Assembly: GCA_030704615.1 (NCBI GenBank)
Contig: JAKLZA010000194.1
Coordinates: 1-10,000 of the forward strand
Direction: 5' to 3'
Length of the DNA stretch: 10,000 bases
Origin: Takakia lepidozioides
Lineage: Eukaryota > Plantae > Bryophyta
Shown: positions 9,165 through 10,000 of the stretch, in pieces
Position numbering within the stretch: position 1 is the stretch's first letter
How the letters are laid out: each line of letters begins with the position of its first letter
The notes under the pieces: generated by a model
Database searches by the model: none
What the model was told of the DNA's origin: nothing
The model's input: only the letters and a program-made list of their open reading frames with translations
Position numbers and translations under genes: made by a program

Positions 9165-9560
9165 GGAAAAATGGCGCCGAATTTCTCTATTTTGGGCCGA
9201 AAACTGGCTTAAGTCCCAACATGCACTGGTACCCCTGTGTCAGGAAAAATGGCGCCGAATTTCCCTATTTTGGGCCGAAAACTGGCCAAGTCCGAACATG
9301 CTCGGGAACGATGTCTGGAAAAATGGCGCCGAATTTCCAGTTACATGGCCCAGAACTGCCCAACATCTGTGCAATCCCCGGCACCATGTACCGAAATTCG
9401 GCGCCACATTTCCAAATTTTGGGCTTACACACCTGTCATGAGGGGACCTATAGCCGCGGAATTCGGCACCATTTTTCGCCAGAGAGACATATTACCGCGA
9501 AATACTTCACGATTCTTTCCGGTTACGGACCCTATTACCACGAAATTCGGCGCCATTTTT
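9165..9560. repeat. Subterminal cluster of six GGAAAAATGGCGCCGAATTTC-type motifs, three direct then three inverted
   Basis: Direct copies at 9165, 9243 and 9317; inverted copies at ~9393, ~9458 and ~9542. Same motif as the 3181-4049 array. Confidence 0.85.
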
Positions 9561-9755
9561 GCACATGTCGCTGGGAATTGGCATGAGCGGAAGACGAAAT
9601 ATCATGAGCACAACTCTCAAAACTACAATTTCCCCTTCAAGGTGCCGAATAATATATTTGTTTTTTCTGACATATTCCATTAAATTAATGTTTTATAATG
9701 TTTTTTATTTTTGAAATTTGTACTTCTGCTCATGAAAACCGATTGTCTTGCTACT

Positions 9756-9786
9756 CCGCTCATGCCGCTCATGCTCATGAAATAGC
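9756..9786 (-). repeat. Right terminal inverted repeat
   Basis: Reverse complement GCTATTTCATGAGCATGAGCGGCATGAGCGG. Extra CATGAGC copies occur at 9580-9590, ~9602-9609 (direct) and ~9728-9735 (inverted). Confidence 0.8.
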
Positions 9787-10000
9787 TAACCTCCACTACG
9801 CCTTCGAGCGGGGTGACGATCTTGGTCTGAGGAGTCCGTGGCTCCTGCGCATCCTTGATTCCGATTTTCCCAGATACGACGGGCACCCATGCAGAAGAAT
9901 GCGCACTGCTGTGCTGTTGCGGTGGAACTGCTGCCAGTGGACGTGGGTGGACTCCATCGGAGAGACGTATATTCCTGAAGGAGTGCGCTCATCTTCTCCA

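Larger units (their letters stand above)
619..9793. mobile_element. Putative ~9.2-kb TIR-bounded DNA transposon-like element carrying ParB-like/amino-methyltransferase-like and SWIM genes; superfamily unassigned, probably non-autonomous
   Basis: Inverted repeats at 626-656 and 9756-9786; subterminal copies of TIR sub-motifs; abrupt truncation of the Gag frame at the left end; internal repeat arrays. The exact outer bases are uncertain by a few bp. Confidence 0.7.

Noticed and set aside
9794-9800. CACTACG resembling a CACTA/EnSpm terminus
   Set aside because: It lies outside the right TIR, has no matching end in the window, and is not followed by CACTA-type subterminal repeats.
9786-9998. Right-flank minus ORF as a defined gene
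   Set aside because: Only ~70 codons are visible and there is no diagnostic motif; its identity cannot be supported.

Overview
This is eukaryotic DNA with spliceosomal GT-AG introns, plant-like by inference. Nearly the whole window (~619-9793) is one ~9.2-kb element bounded by imperfect terminal inverted repeats built from CATGAGC units. Its left end interrupts a minus-strand Gag-like ORF with a CCHC knuckle. The element holds two divergent genes. The first is a long multi-exon minus-strand gene (~7422/6747 to 826). When spliced by eye it joins a ParB/Srx-like domain (VWDGNHR) to a beta-class amino (N4C/N6A) DNA methyltransferase-like domain (D-I-P-D ... ILDLTCGTG-ASMWAG...RHVFAFEPD); this copy has several apparent 1-bp frameshifts and one premature stop. 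The second is a plus-strand Cys-rich SWIM zinc-finger gene ending at 9006. Three separate repeat clusters (intronic, intergenic, subterminal) are built on one GGCGCC-centred motif. No DDE transposase, HUH or tyrosine recombinase could be recognised. All gene models and domain calls are by-eye and need computational confirmation.
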